This document shows, in pieces, positions 1 through 9,082 of a DNA stretch of 32,000 nt. Source of the stretch: Opitutales bacterium (GTDB lineage Bacteria > Verrucomicrobiota > Verrucomicrobiia > Opitutales > Coraliomargaritaceae); the NCBI GenBank assembly GCA_049606355.1, contig JBMYVL010000008.1:60001-92000 (forward strand). The letters are read 5' to 3'. Under the pieces are notes generated by a model that worked only from the letters and a program-made list of their open reading frames with translations, was not told the origin of the DNA and searched no databases. Both the position numbers and the translations under genes were made by a program. Each line of letters starts with the position of its first letter. Within the stretch, counting starts at the first letter, position 1.

Positions 1-1
1 T

Positions 2-751
2 GCCGGCGCGGCACACTGGTTCCCATGGATTGTGTGGCTCGCCCTGGCAAACATCCTCATCATTGGCCTCATCACAATTGCACAACGGGATGTGAAGCTG
101 ATGCTCGGCTACAGCTCAGTGATGCACATGGGGTATGCCTTTCTTGGCATCGCAGCTTTTTCGGTGGTCGGTGCCGGTGGCGCCTTGTTAATGATGGTTG
201 CGCATGGTCTCTCTGTGGCGCTGCTTTTCATGTTATCAACCTGTATCTACCACCGCAGCCAAACCTTCGATATGCAGCAGATGGGTGGCTTGGCAACCAA
301 GGCACCGGTGCTTGCCGCATTTTTTGTGGCAGCGACAATGGCGAGCATCGGCTTGCCGGGATTTGGTAATTTCTGGGGAGAGTTTACGATTTTTGCCGCA
401 CTCGCTGAGTCCGATGCAACTCGCTGGATCGTCTTCCCGGCTGCTATCGGCATTATCATCTCAGCAATTTATGGACTTCGCGCGGTCGCAAATATTTTCT
501 TCGGGGCGCCCAGTGATACCTTTTCGGAACGCCTCAACAGCGGCCCGATTGATGATTTACAGCGTCACGAAAAGTTGCCGGCTGGAATATTGATTGCAGC
601 ACTCGTCGTTATTGGAATTTGCCCACGTTTATTATCGGACGCTGCCAACGAGGAGCTAGCGACAGTTTATCCATCGCAGCTTTCGGGCGCTGCTTTTGAC
701 ACAGCACCGATCGACCCTGCGGTTATCGCTCAAGAGGAGGGTACACACTAA
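2..751 (+). CDS. nuoM: NADH-quinone oxidoreductase subunit M, C-terminal part (5' end outside window)
   Basis: The frame is open from the window edge. The translation (...LMLGYSSVMHMGYAFLGIAAF...GGLATKAPVLAAFFVAATMASIGLPGFGNFWGEF...) matches the conserved C-terminal half of NuoM/ND4-type antiporter-like subunits. Its stop overlaps the nuoN ATG (TAATG at 749-753). Confidence 0.9.
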   Translation, partial: AGAAHWFPWIVWLALANILIIGLITIAQRDVKLMLGYSSVMHMGYAFLGIAAFSVVGAGGALLMMVAHGLSVALLFMLSTCIYHRSQTFDMQQMGGLATKAPVLAAFFVAATMASIGLPGFGNFWGEFTIFAALAESDATRWIVFPAAIGIIISAIYGLRAVANIFFGAPSDTFSERLNSGPIDDLQRHEKLPAGILIAALVVIGICPRLLSDAANEELATVYPSQLSGAAFDTAPIDPAVIAQEEGTH

Positions 752-2256
752 TGAATGAGTTGCTGACTGAATTTTTGCGTGGATATACCGCCAGTAATGA
801 CTGGTTGGCAATCTTGCCGGAGGTGCTCCTGGCTTTACTCGCACTTGCACTGCTGCTGGCCGAAATGATCCTACCCAAAGAGCAACGCGGCTGGATTTTC
901 CGCATTTCGATTGTAGGTCAGTTGAGCCTACTTGCATGGATTGTTGGTACTTGTGGCGGTTCTTGCGGCGCGAGTTCGGGCGCCCTGTTTGGAGGGCTCA
1001 TTCAACAGACCGATACTGTGCAATGGATGCGTGGCTTTTTTGTTTTGAGTGCTCTATTGGTCACTTATCTGGGGCAGATTTATCTTTCGAAGCATACTTT
1101 AGCACGCACAGAGTTTTATCATTTAGTGCTTATTGTGGCGGCAGGGATGATGTTACTCGTGCAGAGTAGCCATTTTGTGATGCTCTTTGTTGCACTGGAA
1201 ACAGTAACCGTGGCGTTCTATGTGTTAGTTGCCTATGGGCGTACCAGTTCGCTTTCACTGGAAGCAGGTTTAAAGTATTTGATTCTGGGCGCGATGAGTT
1301 CAGCAATTTTGCTGTTTGGTATCGTTCTGTTGTACGGTGTAGCGGGTAACCCCGGCCTGGAGGGTGCGACAGGCGATGGGTTGAACTTCACCCAACTCCA
1401 AGCCTTTATTGAGTTAAATGCTGCGAATCTCTTGGTGCAACTGGGCGCCTTGTTGGTGCTGGCGGGTATCTTTTTTAAAATTGGTGCAGTTCCTTTTCAA
1501 ATCTGGGTTCCCGATGTCTATCAAGGAGCACCCACTCCAGTAACTGCCTATTTGGCGGTGGCCTCCAAGGCCGCTGGATTCAGTGTCCTGCTGGTTTTGG
1601 TGAATGGGCCTTTTGTTGCTCTGCGCGACTTGTTAATTCCGGTGTTGTCCGTAATTGCTGGCGTGACAATTTTGTTCGGCAACATCGCGGCCACGTGTCA
1701 GCGCAACGTGAAACGACTGATGGGACTTTCCGGAATCGCGCACGCGGGCTATTTACTTGTAGGGGTGGTGGCCTCACTAACGATACCGTGGGCATACGAA
1801 GCAGTCTTATTTTACCTCTTCGCTTATTTAGTCGCGTCCTTCGCCGTGTTTGGGGTCATGTCTGTTGCGGCAGGCAAGGTGGATGCCAATCAGGAACTCG
1901 ATGATTATCGAAGTTTCGCGCGAGCACAGCCTTTTCTAGGTGGAGTGCTTGCAGTCGGTGTGGGCTCTTTGGCCGGTATTCCGCCATTGGGTGGCTTTAT
2001 CGGCAAGCTGTTCCTTTTTGTCGCCGCATTCCAAGCCGGTCTGTATGGATTACTCGGCGTCGCGATTCTTGGTGTTGTGATCTCGATCTACTACTACTTT
2101 TCCTGGGTACGTGAGGCCTTTTTCTCGGACGCAGGTGCGGATCCTGTACAACCGAGCGCGGGGCTACCTGTTCAGGATCGTATCGTACTTGGTTCGCTGG
2201 TAGTAGCGACTGTCTTAATCGGCATTTATCCGAGCGTCCTCCCTTTAGTTCGCTAA
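751..2256 (+). CDS. nuoN: NADH-quinone oxidoreductase subunit N
   Basis: 501-aa polytopic membrane protein. The motif FKIGAVPFQIWVPDVYQGAPTPVTAYLAVASKAAGF is typical of NuoN/ND2. It overlaps nuoM by 1 nt and is the last gene before a hairpin terminator. Confidence 0.9.
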   Translation: MNELLTEFLRGYTASNDWLAILPEVLLALLALALLLAEMILPKEQRGWIFRISIVGQLSLLAWIVGTCGGSCGASSGALFGGLIQQTDTVQWMRGFFVLSALLVTYLGQIYLSKHTLARTEFYHLVLIVAAGMMLLVQSSHFVMLFVALETVTVAFYVLVAYGRTSSLSLEAGLKYLILGAMSSAILLFGIVLLYGVAGNPGLEGATGDGLNFTQLQAFIELNAANLLVQLGALLVLAGIFFKIGAVPFQIWVPDVYQGAPTPVTAYLAVASKAAGFSVLLVLVNGPFVALRDLLIPVLSVIAGVTILFGNIAATCQRNVKRLMGLSGIAHAGYLLVGVVASLTIPWAYEAVLFYLFAYLVASFAVFGVMSVAAGKVDANQELDDYRSFARAQPFLGGVLAVGVGSLAGIPPLGGFIGKLFLFVAAFQAGLYGLLGVAILGVVISIYYYFSWVREAFFSDAGADPVQPSAGLPVQDRIVLGSLVVATVLIGIYPSVLPLVR

Positions 2257-2365
2257 CCAAATAAGTCGCTGGTGTGGTTGTCGCTGACGAACCACCGTAT
2301 TTATAAGAGCAACGCCAGTGCGCTCTGCATGCGGATACAATCATACCGAAGCGCGCATAAAACTA

Positions 2366-2394
2366 ACCCTTATCTGCCTGCGGCAGATAAGGGT
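2366..2394. terminator. Perfect 13-bp stem / 3-nt loop hairpin between convergent nuoN and metY
   Basis: ACCCTTATCTGCC-tgc-GGCAGATAAGGGT read directly from the sequence. On the minus strand it is followed by TTAGTTTTAT, so it fits best as the metY terminator and may act in both directions. Confidence 0.6.
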
Positions 2395-2434
2395 AGGACA
2401 ATTGCTTCTTAGAGCCGATGGCTCTGTGCCAGTG

Positions 2435-3742
2435 TTAGGCTTTCAGCGCTTGATCTAAGTCTGCTATCAAGTCGTCGATATCCTCGATGCCTACTGAGAG
2501 ACGTACAAAATCAGGCGTCACTCCGGTGGATGCTTGTTGCTCCTCACTTAATTGTTGGTGAGTTGTCGTAGCCGGATGGATGGCGAGTGATTTCGCATCG
2601 CCAATGTTGGCGAGATGACTGAAGACCTGCAGACTATCGATGAATTTTGCACCGGCTTCCTTGCCTCCTTTTAAGCCAAAGCCGAGGAGGCCGCCGTGCC
2701 GATTCGCATCAAAGTACTTATCCGCGGCGGCACGGTGCGGGCTGTTGGCGAGTCCCGGATAGTTGACCCAGCTAACATCTGGATGCTGAGAAAGAAATTC
2801 CGCGACTTTGAGTGCATTGCTGCAGTGGCGTTCCATGCGTAGGTGCAATGTTTCAATCCCTTGAATTTGCAGGAATGAGTTAAAGGGGGAGGCGCAGTTA
2901 CCGGTATCGCGCAACCATTGCAGGCGCATCTTCATGATGTAGGCAATGTTCGCACCACCGGCAGGCTCAAAGGCCTTGAAAACATCCCAATGCACTAAGC
3001 CATGGTAGCTCGGATCTGGTGTCGTGAATTCAGCGAAACGACCGCTCCCCCAATCAAAATTGCCACCGTCTACCACGATGCCACCAATGCTGGTGCCGTG
3101 GCCGCCAAGGTATTTCGTTAAGCTGTTGACGACTACATTAGCGCCGTGCTCCAAGGGGCGGCATACTGCCGGCGAAGCTGCGGTATTGTCGATGATGAGC
3201 GGCAATTGATGCTTCTGGCAGACTGCGGAGACTTCCTCAAAAGGGAAAATATTTAGTTTTGGATTACCCACAGTATCACCATAGACGGCTTTCGTCTTCG
3301 CATCGATGAGCGGCTCGAAGCTTGCCGGGTCTTCCGCATCTGCGAAACGAACTTCGATGCCAAGCTTGGGCAAGGTGTATTTAAACAGGGTATAGGTGCC
3401 GCCATACAATTGTGACGCGGATACAATATTATCGCCTGCTTGTGCAATATTGAGGATGGCACTGGTGATGGCTGCTTGACCACTGGCGTGTGCCAGTCCG
3501 GCAACACCTCCTTCAAGCGCGGCGACACGTTTTTCAAGGACATCCGTGGTGGGATTCATGATACGGGTATAAATGTACCCAAGTTCTTCGAGTGCGAAGA
3601 GCTTCGCTGCATGTTCCGAATCGCGGAACATATAGCTCGTCGTTTGGTAAATGGGTACTGCTCTAGACCCGGAAGTTGTGTCCGGGTCGTGGCCCGCATG
3701 AAGTGCAAGTGTTCCGAGATTTGGGGTCTTTTGATCGCTCAT
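2435..3742 (-). CDS. metY: O-acetylhomoserine sulfhydrylase (PLP-dependent Cys/Met metabolism family)
   Basis: 435 aa with an ATG start. The N-terminus [30 protein letters not shown] and the PLP-lysine region [18 protein letters not shown] are characteristic of OAH/OAS sulfhydrylases. Confidence 0.85.
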   Translation of the reverse strand: MSDQKTPNLGTLALHAGHDPDTTSGSRAVPIYQTTSYMFRDSEHAAKLFALEELGYIYTRIMNPTTDVLEKRVAALEGGVAGLAHASGQAAITSAILNIAQAGDNIVSASQLYGGTYTLFKYTLPKLGIEVRFADAEDPASFEPLIDAKTKAVYGDTVGNPKLNIFPFEEVSAVCQKHQLPLIIDNTAASPAVCRPLEHGANVVVNSLTKYLGGHGTSIGGIVVDGGNFDWGSGRFAEFTTPDPSYHGLVHWDVFKAFEPAGGANIAYIMKMRLQWLRDTGNCASPFNSFLQIQGIETLHLRMERHCSNALKVAEFLSQHPDVSWVNYPGLANSPHRAAADKYFDANRHGGLLGFGLKGGKEAGAKFIDSLQVFSHLANIGDAKSLAIHPATTTHQQLSEEQQASTGVTPDFVRLSVGIEDIDDLIADLDQALKA

Positions 3743-3747
3743 AGTAA

Positions 3748-5334
3748 TTAATTCGTGGAGTTTTGAAATTTTGTTTGTTCGTGCTGCGGTAGGCTGTCGA
3801 TTTGATCACGCAGTTTATTAGCCTCCCATTGTTTGCCAATTTGTTCGTAAAATTCAACTGCTTCTTTGAGGAAGTCTACATTTGGCTCTGCTTCTTGTAG
3901 GATACGTCGGTACTCACGGTAGGCGTTGCTATACTCGCGTCTTTCCCGAAGGGTACGAGCGTAGAGCGTGCGCATTTTTAGGTTGTTGGAGTCCATCTCT
4001 AAAATCACCTCAAGGTGTTGGATCAGTTCTTTGTTTGAAAGGGAGTCCGGTGCGTCTGCGCGCAGTGTTTCAAAATAGGCAATTTTGGCTAAGCTAGAGT
4101 TGGGCCATTGCTTGCTGAATTGCTGCCACATTTGTACGGGTTGACTTACGGCATAGGCTGCGAACGAAACAGTGGTCATGAATTCGAGAGCAATGAGAAC
4201 TGTGAGTCCGGTGAAGCAGGTTTTTCGAGCTCCTGCCGCGAAGTGACGGGTAATGGTCGCAGCCCCGCAGAAGACAAGAGCCACGAGGGCAGGTAAAGCG
4301 ATATACTGGCCATGATCTTCATACGCCAAACTCCCGTCGATAAAGGCTCCATGGTTGATGAGTCCTGGGATCAATAACAGTAAATAGCCGAGCGCGCCAA
4401 GCAAAGTGCCGCGTGCCCAAGACTTGCGACGATTCGAAAACGATAGAAAAAAGATGGGAGCAAACAGCAGTAGCGGGAGTAAATAGATCGCCGTACTTGA
4501 ACTGTATATGGTTGCCGGATCTACCGTGTAAAATAACCAGCCATCGATTGGTATGAAGGCTTGCTTTAAGTAGAAGTAAAGATTTTGGCTGGTGATTTTG
4601 AAGGAGTCTAAGGGAATAATGGAGCTGCTGTTTGTGACTGCACCTGCCTTCCAAAGAGCAACAAAGAGGCAGATACACAGGATCGGTAAGATGTAGTTGA
4701 TATGGCGCAGTTCAAATTTTGGTTTTTGCCAATAAGTGTAGAGCATTAGAATAAAGGGAATGACGAAGGCTCCAGGATGAATGATGCAGGCTGCAATGGT
4801 GATTAGGAGGAGCTTGATATAATGACTACTATTTAGGGTGCGGGTGCCAAAGTGCAGTGCCATTAAAATAGCAATAAGCCCGATAAATTCACTTCGGTAC
4901 CCTGACCAAAAGAGCGTCTGCAGGGTTGCCGGATGCAATGCAAATACAAGTGATGTGATCCAAGCGCCGTTGAGTTGCAATCTTTGTAGGAGGCGTAAAA
5001 GCAAGATCGCTGCAGTTAGATGCAGTACTAGGTTGATTCCATAGTGCAGGAGTGCGAGAGGCAATGGTAGTGCCTGTTCGATGAAATAAGTCGTGGTGCT
5101 GATGGGATCGTATCGCCGAAGGTTTTGTGGATGCCATGCTTCCTGCCAGTTTTCCAGTGAAGTATATGTGCTGCGCTCGACTGTATCATAGGGTGACCAG
5201 ATGACATCGGATAAGAACATCGGGCAGAACGCTGCAAGCGTCAGGAGGATGAGCGTGACGTAACCGCGCAATCGGGTCTTACGAGGCGGTTGATGGGTGC
5301 GCTTTTTTTTGAGGTACGTTGCTTCGTTCTGCAT
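3748..5334 (-). CDS. Polytopic membrane protein with C-terminal TPR-like helical repeats (TMTC/PMT_2-like putative glycosyltransferase)
   Basis: There are about 10 predicted TM helices. [22 protein letters not shown] segment resembles the first-loop region of TMTC/PMT-2 family proteins. The C-terminal ~120 aa are hydrophilic and helical ([43 protein letters not shown]). I chose the ATG at 5334; the longer GTG start at 5379 would overlap the upstream gene by 32 nt. Confidence 0.5.
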   Translation of the reverse strand: MQNEATYLKKKRTHQPPRKTRLRGYVTLILLTLAAFCPMFLSDVIWSPYDTVERSTYTSLENWQEAWHPQNLRRYDPISTTTYFIEQALPLPLALLHYGINLVLHLTAAILLLRLLQRLQLNGAWITSLVFALHPATLQTLFWSGYRSEFIGLIAILMALHFGTRTLNSSHYIKLLLITIAACIIHPGAFVIPFILMLYTYWQKPKFELRHINYILPILCICLFVALWKAGAVTNSSSIIPLDSFKITSQNLYFYLKQAFIPIDGWLFYTVDPATIYSSSTAIYLLPLLLFAPIFFLSFSNRRKSWARGTLLGALGYLLLLIPGLINHGAFIDGSLAYEDHGQYIALPALVALVFCGAATITRHFAAGARKTCFTGLTVLIALEFMTTVSFAAYAVSQPVQMWQQFSKQWPNSSLAKIAYFETLRADAPDSLSNKELIQHLEVILEMDSNNLKMRTLYARTLRERREYSNAYREYRRILQEAEPNVDFLKEAVEFYEQIGKQWEANKLRDQIDSLPQHEQTKFQNSTN

Positions 5335-5347
5335 TCGTTTGAATTGT

Positions 5348-5872
5348 TTAAAGTTGGAAGTCACTTGGGTCGAAGCCACGGCTGCGGATGGCCTGACTCA
5401 GGGCCTGAAGGTCAATCTGTGCACCCGTAAGAACTCCCTGTTGAGAATACCAGCCCTGATTCATTTCAATGACGATTTGAATCTGCCTGCTGCGTGAAGC
5501 AACTGAAGTTTCATCGTAAGGGTAGAGCTTGTGGATTTCCTTTAGCTTTCCGAACGAATCAAAGTAGCCCAGGTCGAGGGGGATCCGGGTATTACGCATC
5601 CAGAAATGTCGCTGCGCAGGTCGCTCAAATATAAAAAGCATGCCATGGTGGCTTTTTAATTGATCACGGAACATCAGGCCTTTGCTGCGTTCCGCGTCAT
5701 TCAGTGCCAGTTGAAGGTGCGCGAGTTGTGCGCCAATGCGGATTGGGAAATAAGTCGTTGGACCCGCCGTCGCATTGTTCTGCTCAGACTCAGGGTGGCA
5801 GGCCGTCAGTAATAGGCATAGGGTGACCGAGAATAGAATCAGTCGATTCGACAATGGAGGCTGGAGCTTCAA
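5348..5872 (-). CDS. DUF192-domain exported protein or lipoprotein
   Basis: 174 aa. The N-terminal signal ends in LLLTAC, which is lipobox-like. The core GMLFIFERPAQRHFWMRNTRIPLDLGYF matches the DUF192 (COG1430) signature. Only TTG starts are available (5872 or 5854). Confidence 0.65.
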   Translation of the reverse strand: MKLQPPLSNRLILFSVTLCLLLTACHPESEQNNATAGPTTYFPIRIGAQLAHLQLALNDAERSKGLMFRDQLKSHHGMLFIFERPAQRHFWMRNTRIPLDLGYFDSFGKLKEIHKLYPYDETSVASRSRQIQIVIEMNQGWYSQQGVLTGAQIDLQALSQAIRSRGFDPSDFQL

Positions 5873-5931
5873 GAGATGAGACGTGACAGTGCGGTGGGGG
5901 TGTATAAAGATCCAAGACTTCGGATCCCTCT

Positions 5932-7077
5932 ATGAAAAGTAAATCTTCACATGCTCGTTTTCTTTATGCGAGTTCGGAACAATCAGCCGATGCATTCTAT
6001 TTGACGGGGGTTTTTGTTCCCGACCCATTTTTATGTGGAGTGATGAAGGGACGAAGCTTCGCGGTAGTCAACCGTTTGGAATATAGTCGTGTCCGTGCGC
6101 TTTCAAAAGTCGATGCAGTGTATTTATTGGAAGCCGAGCAGTCTGCGGCAGCGGAGCAACTCCGTATCCCGGCGCATGCGGTCGGCCCTGCTGAGTTAAT
6201 CCACTATTATGTAAGGAAGGGGCGGCTGCGTGATGTAGAAATCCCGGCTACTTTCCCTGCGCTTTATTATATGAAGCTGCAGTCGTTTGGAGTCAGCTTA
6301 ACTCCATGTGAGGAGCCTTTTTTTGCTGAGCGTGCGATCAAAAGTGATAACGAAGCACGTGCCATTCGTGCCGGCAATGCTGCAAGTGCTGCCGGAATTC
6401 GTGCCGCCGAGCAAGTGCTTCGCTCAGCGCAGATTGACGGGAAGCGCCTGAAATATCAGGGCAGCACGTTAACCGCGGAGCGACTGCGCCAAGTGATTGA
6501 TCAGACCTGTTTAAGTAAAGGTGCCGTGGCGCACAACACCATCGTTGCAGGAGGAGCCCAAGCCTGTGATCCACATGAAGTGGGGCATGGCCCACTGCGT
6601 CCGAATGAATTGATTATTATCGATGTATTTCCGCGTATTAGCCGCACGGGTTATCACGGTGATATGACGCGCACTTTTCTTAAGGGCAAGGCGAGCGATG
6701 CTCAATCTGCACTGGTCGAGGCTGTTCGTATCGCTCAGCTGGCAGCGCTTGCTCGGGTAAAGTCAGGTGTGAGTGCTGCCAATGTTCACAAGGCGGCTTG
6801 TGAGGTTTTTGCAAAGCGGGGCTATGTGACTGAGCGCCGCGGCGATGACTTTGTCGGCTTCATTCATTCAACTGGCCATGGATTAGGCCTGGAAGTACAT
6901 GAAGCCCCACGAGTTTCCACGCATGCAGAACGCCTGCGTAAGGGTCACGTTATTACGATTGAGCCCGGATTGTACTATCCGGAAATCGGAGCTTGCCGGA
7001 TTGAAGATGTAGTTCGTGTCACCGCTGCGGGGCGGGAGGCATTGTCCTCAATGCACTACCGCTGGCGGTTCGACTGA
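5932..7077 (+). CDS. M24-family metallopeptidase (Xaa-Pro aminopeptidase/dipeptidase type)
   Basis: 381 aa. The pita-bread metal-ligand motifs are visible: IIDVFP...YHGDMTRTF, HSTGHGLGLEVHE, TIEPGLY and RIEDVV. Confidence 0.8.
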   Translation: MKSKSSHARFLYASSEQSADAFYLTGVFVPDPFLCGVMKGRSFAVVNRLEYSRVRALSKVDAVYLLEAEQSAAAEQLRIPAHAVGPAELIHYYVRKGRLRDVEIPATFPALYYMKLQSFGVSLTPCEEPFFAERAIKSDNEARAIRAGNAASAAGIRAAEQVLRSAQIDGKRLKYQGSTLTAERLRQVIDQTCLSKGAVAHNTIVAGGAQACDPHEVGHGPLRPNELIIIDVFPRISRTGYHGDMTRTFLKGKASDAQSALVEAVRIAQLAALARVKSGVSAANVHKAACEVFAKRGYVTERRGDDFVGFIHSTGHGLGLEVHEAPRVSTHAERLRKGHVITIEPGLYYPEIGACRIEDVVRVTAAGREALSSMHYRWRFD

Positions 7078-8856
7078 TTACATACGCTCGAGCACGGTGA
7101 TGCCGAGGAGCTCAAGGCCGGTTTTCAAGACGGTGCGCGTGCGTGCGCAGAGCAATAGGCGGCGTGCTCGAAGAGCCGGATCGTCGACCATGACCTTATC
7201 TGAGTTGTAGAAACTACTATAAGTGCCGGCTAATTCATAGAGGTAGGTGCATAGGAAATGCGGTCGCAGGTCATTGAGGGTGAGTTCCAGCGCATAGACA
7301 AAGCCCATCAGTTTGCGTGCAAGCGCCTGCTCGTTGGCCGTTTCCAGTGAGCTGGCTTGCGGCAATGGAGCTTCCGGGTCGATCCCGGCTTTGCGGAAAA
7401 TACTGTTTATTCGTGCCACCGCATAGAGCAGATAAGGGGCGGTGTTTCCTTCGAAGCTCAACATGCGATCCCAGTTAAAGACATAGTCTTGCGTACGGTT
7501 GGACGAAAGGTCGGCATATTTAAGGGCTCCCACGCCGACTGCATCGGCAATGCTGCGACGTTCCGCCTCACTCAGCTCGCTGTTTTTTTCAGTGACGACT
7601 TGGAATGCGCGTTCGCGCGCTTCATCCAGTAAGGCTTGTAGTTTGATGGTTTGCCCCGACTTAGTTTTGAAGGGTTTTTTGTCCTCGCCTAAAATGGTAC
7701 CCCACCAGACGTGGCGCATTACGGGCAGTGGGTATTCTTTGGCTTTAAACCATTTTTCGGTGGTAAGGAAAAGCTGTTGGAAGTGATCCTGCTGCCGCGC
7801 ATCTGTCAAATAAATGACTTCCTCGGCGTGCAATGCTTCCACGCGATACAGGATCGTCGCTAAATCAGTGGTGGCATAGTTGGACGCGCCGTCTTGCTTG
7901 CGAATATTGAAGGGGTAGGGCCGCTCATTATCGCGTGCGAATTTCTTAATTTCATCATGCCAGACCACGAGCGCGCCTGCGCTCTCTTCAGCTAAGCCGA
8001 TTGCAGTGAGTTCGTGGTAAATGCGATCCACCTTGTCGCGGTAAAAGGATTCGCCGAGCGTGAGGTCGACCTTGACCCCCATTTGTTCAAATAGGCGGTC
8101 GAAGGCGACTTTCGAGATATCGACGATCTGTTGCCAGAGGGCGGTGTTTTCGGGGTCGCCTTGTTGCAATCGCACCAACTCTTCGCGGGAAACAGTCCTA
8201 AGTTCGGGTTGCTCCTTCTCTAGCGCAGAACCGTCTTTGTAAAGTTGATCCAATGTGGCGAGGGCCTCATTGCCTAACTGATCAAGTGCGATGCCTTCAC
8301 GCTTGATCTGCATGATGAGCGTACCGAAATTTGTGCCCCAATCGCCGATGTGATTGTCACGAGTCGTCTCCGCACCGCAAAAGTCGAGCATGCGGGCGAT
8401 CGCTTCGCCGATGACCATGGGGCGCAAATGGCCGATATGCGCTTGCTTGGCCGTATTTGCACTTGGGTAGTCAATGACGATGCGGCGTCGTTGCTTAATT
8501 TTTGCGGCGCCCGCTTGGAAATGAGTTTTGGTGGAGTATTCCTGCAGCCATTGCCAAAGGAAGTCGCGGGTGAGCTTGAAATTAATAAAACCAGGCCCGG
8601 CAAGTGTCAGTTCAACCAGCTTGGGGTCGAAGGACTTGGAGGCTTGCGCCGCATCAATAAGCTTTTGTGCCAATTCCCTCGGGTTGGCCTGTATCCGTTT
8701 TGCATAGCCGAGAACCCCATTGGCTTGAAAATCACCAAATTTTGGATCTGCCGGCCGTACACCGGCGGTAAACTCTGGACCGAAGCCAGCATTTTCCACT
8801 GCAACAGCTTGGAGCGCGGTTTCGATGGCTTGAGAAGGGTTGAACCAGACCTGCAT
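7078..8856 (-). CDS. argS: Arginine--tRNA ligase
   Basis: 592 aa. It carries the class I HIGH motif (QAHIGHLRP) and the typical ArgRS N-terminus and anticodon-binding C-terminus ending ...LGITVLERM. Its stop codon abuts the stop of the convergent peptidase gene with no gap. Confidence 0.92.
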   Translation of the reverse strand: MQVWFNPSQAIETALQAVAVENAGFGPEFTAGVRPADPKFGDFQANGVLGYAKRIQANPRELAQKLIDAAQASKSFDPKLVELTLAGPGFINFKLTRDFLWQWLQEYSTKTHFQAGAAKIKQRRRIVIDYPSANTAKQAHIGHLRPMVIGEAIARMLDFCGAETTRDNHIGDWGTNFGTLIMQIKREGIALDQLGNEALATLDQLYKDGSALEKEQPELRTVSREELVRLQQGDPENTALWQQIVDISKVAFDRLFEQMGVKVDLTLGESFYRDKVDRIYHELTAIGLAEESAGALVVWHDEIKKFARDNERPYPFNIRKQDGASNYATTDLATILYRVEALHAEEVIYLTDARQQDHFQQLFLTTEKWFKAKEYPLPVMRHVWWGTILGEDKKPFKTKSGQTIKLQALLDEARERAFQVVTEKNSELSEAERRSIADAVGVGALKYADLSSNRTQDYVFNWDRMLSFEGNTAPYLLYAVARINSIFRKAGIDPEAPLPQASSLETANEQALARKLMGFVYALELTLNDLRPHFLCTYLYELAGTYSSFYNSDKVMVDDPALRARRLLLCARTRTVLKTGLELLGITVLERM

Positions 8857-9082
8857 GCGCCCAAGGAAAAAGCTCTGGCGCAGGGGTCAAGCTCACAGAT
8901 GCCAACAGGTATAAGGAATGAACCCTCAGATCTGTAGCCTGAATGCAGGGAAATGAAAGTCGGGAGCCTTACTTTTTGTGGCTGTGGTATTTTAAGCTCG
9001 ACAAGTAAGTACTTAATCGCCTAATGCATAAAGGCTTATGCCGCTCGCAAAGGCAACCTAAGTTAGTACAAACGAAACTCTA

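Noticed and set aside
3743-3747. Expected SAM riboswitch or promoter upstream of metY
   Set aside because: Only 5 nt separate the metY start from the upstream gene's stop, so there is no space for a leader RNA.
5335-5379. Longer GTG-initiated version of the TPR membrane gene overlapping the DUF192 gene by 32 nt
   Set aside because: An in-frame ATG at 5334 removes the overlap and still precedes the first TM helix. The extension adds only a non-conserved hydrophilic tail. The start remains unverified.
8350-8937. 195-aa plus-strand ORF overlapping argS
   Set aside because: It lies entirely antisense to a high-confidence argS. It has no recognisable motifs and its composition is typical of a shadow ORF in a GC-moderate gene.
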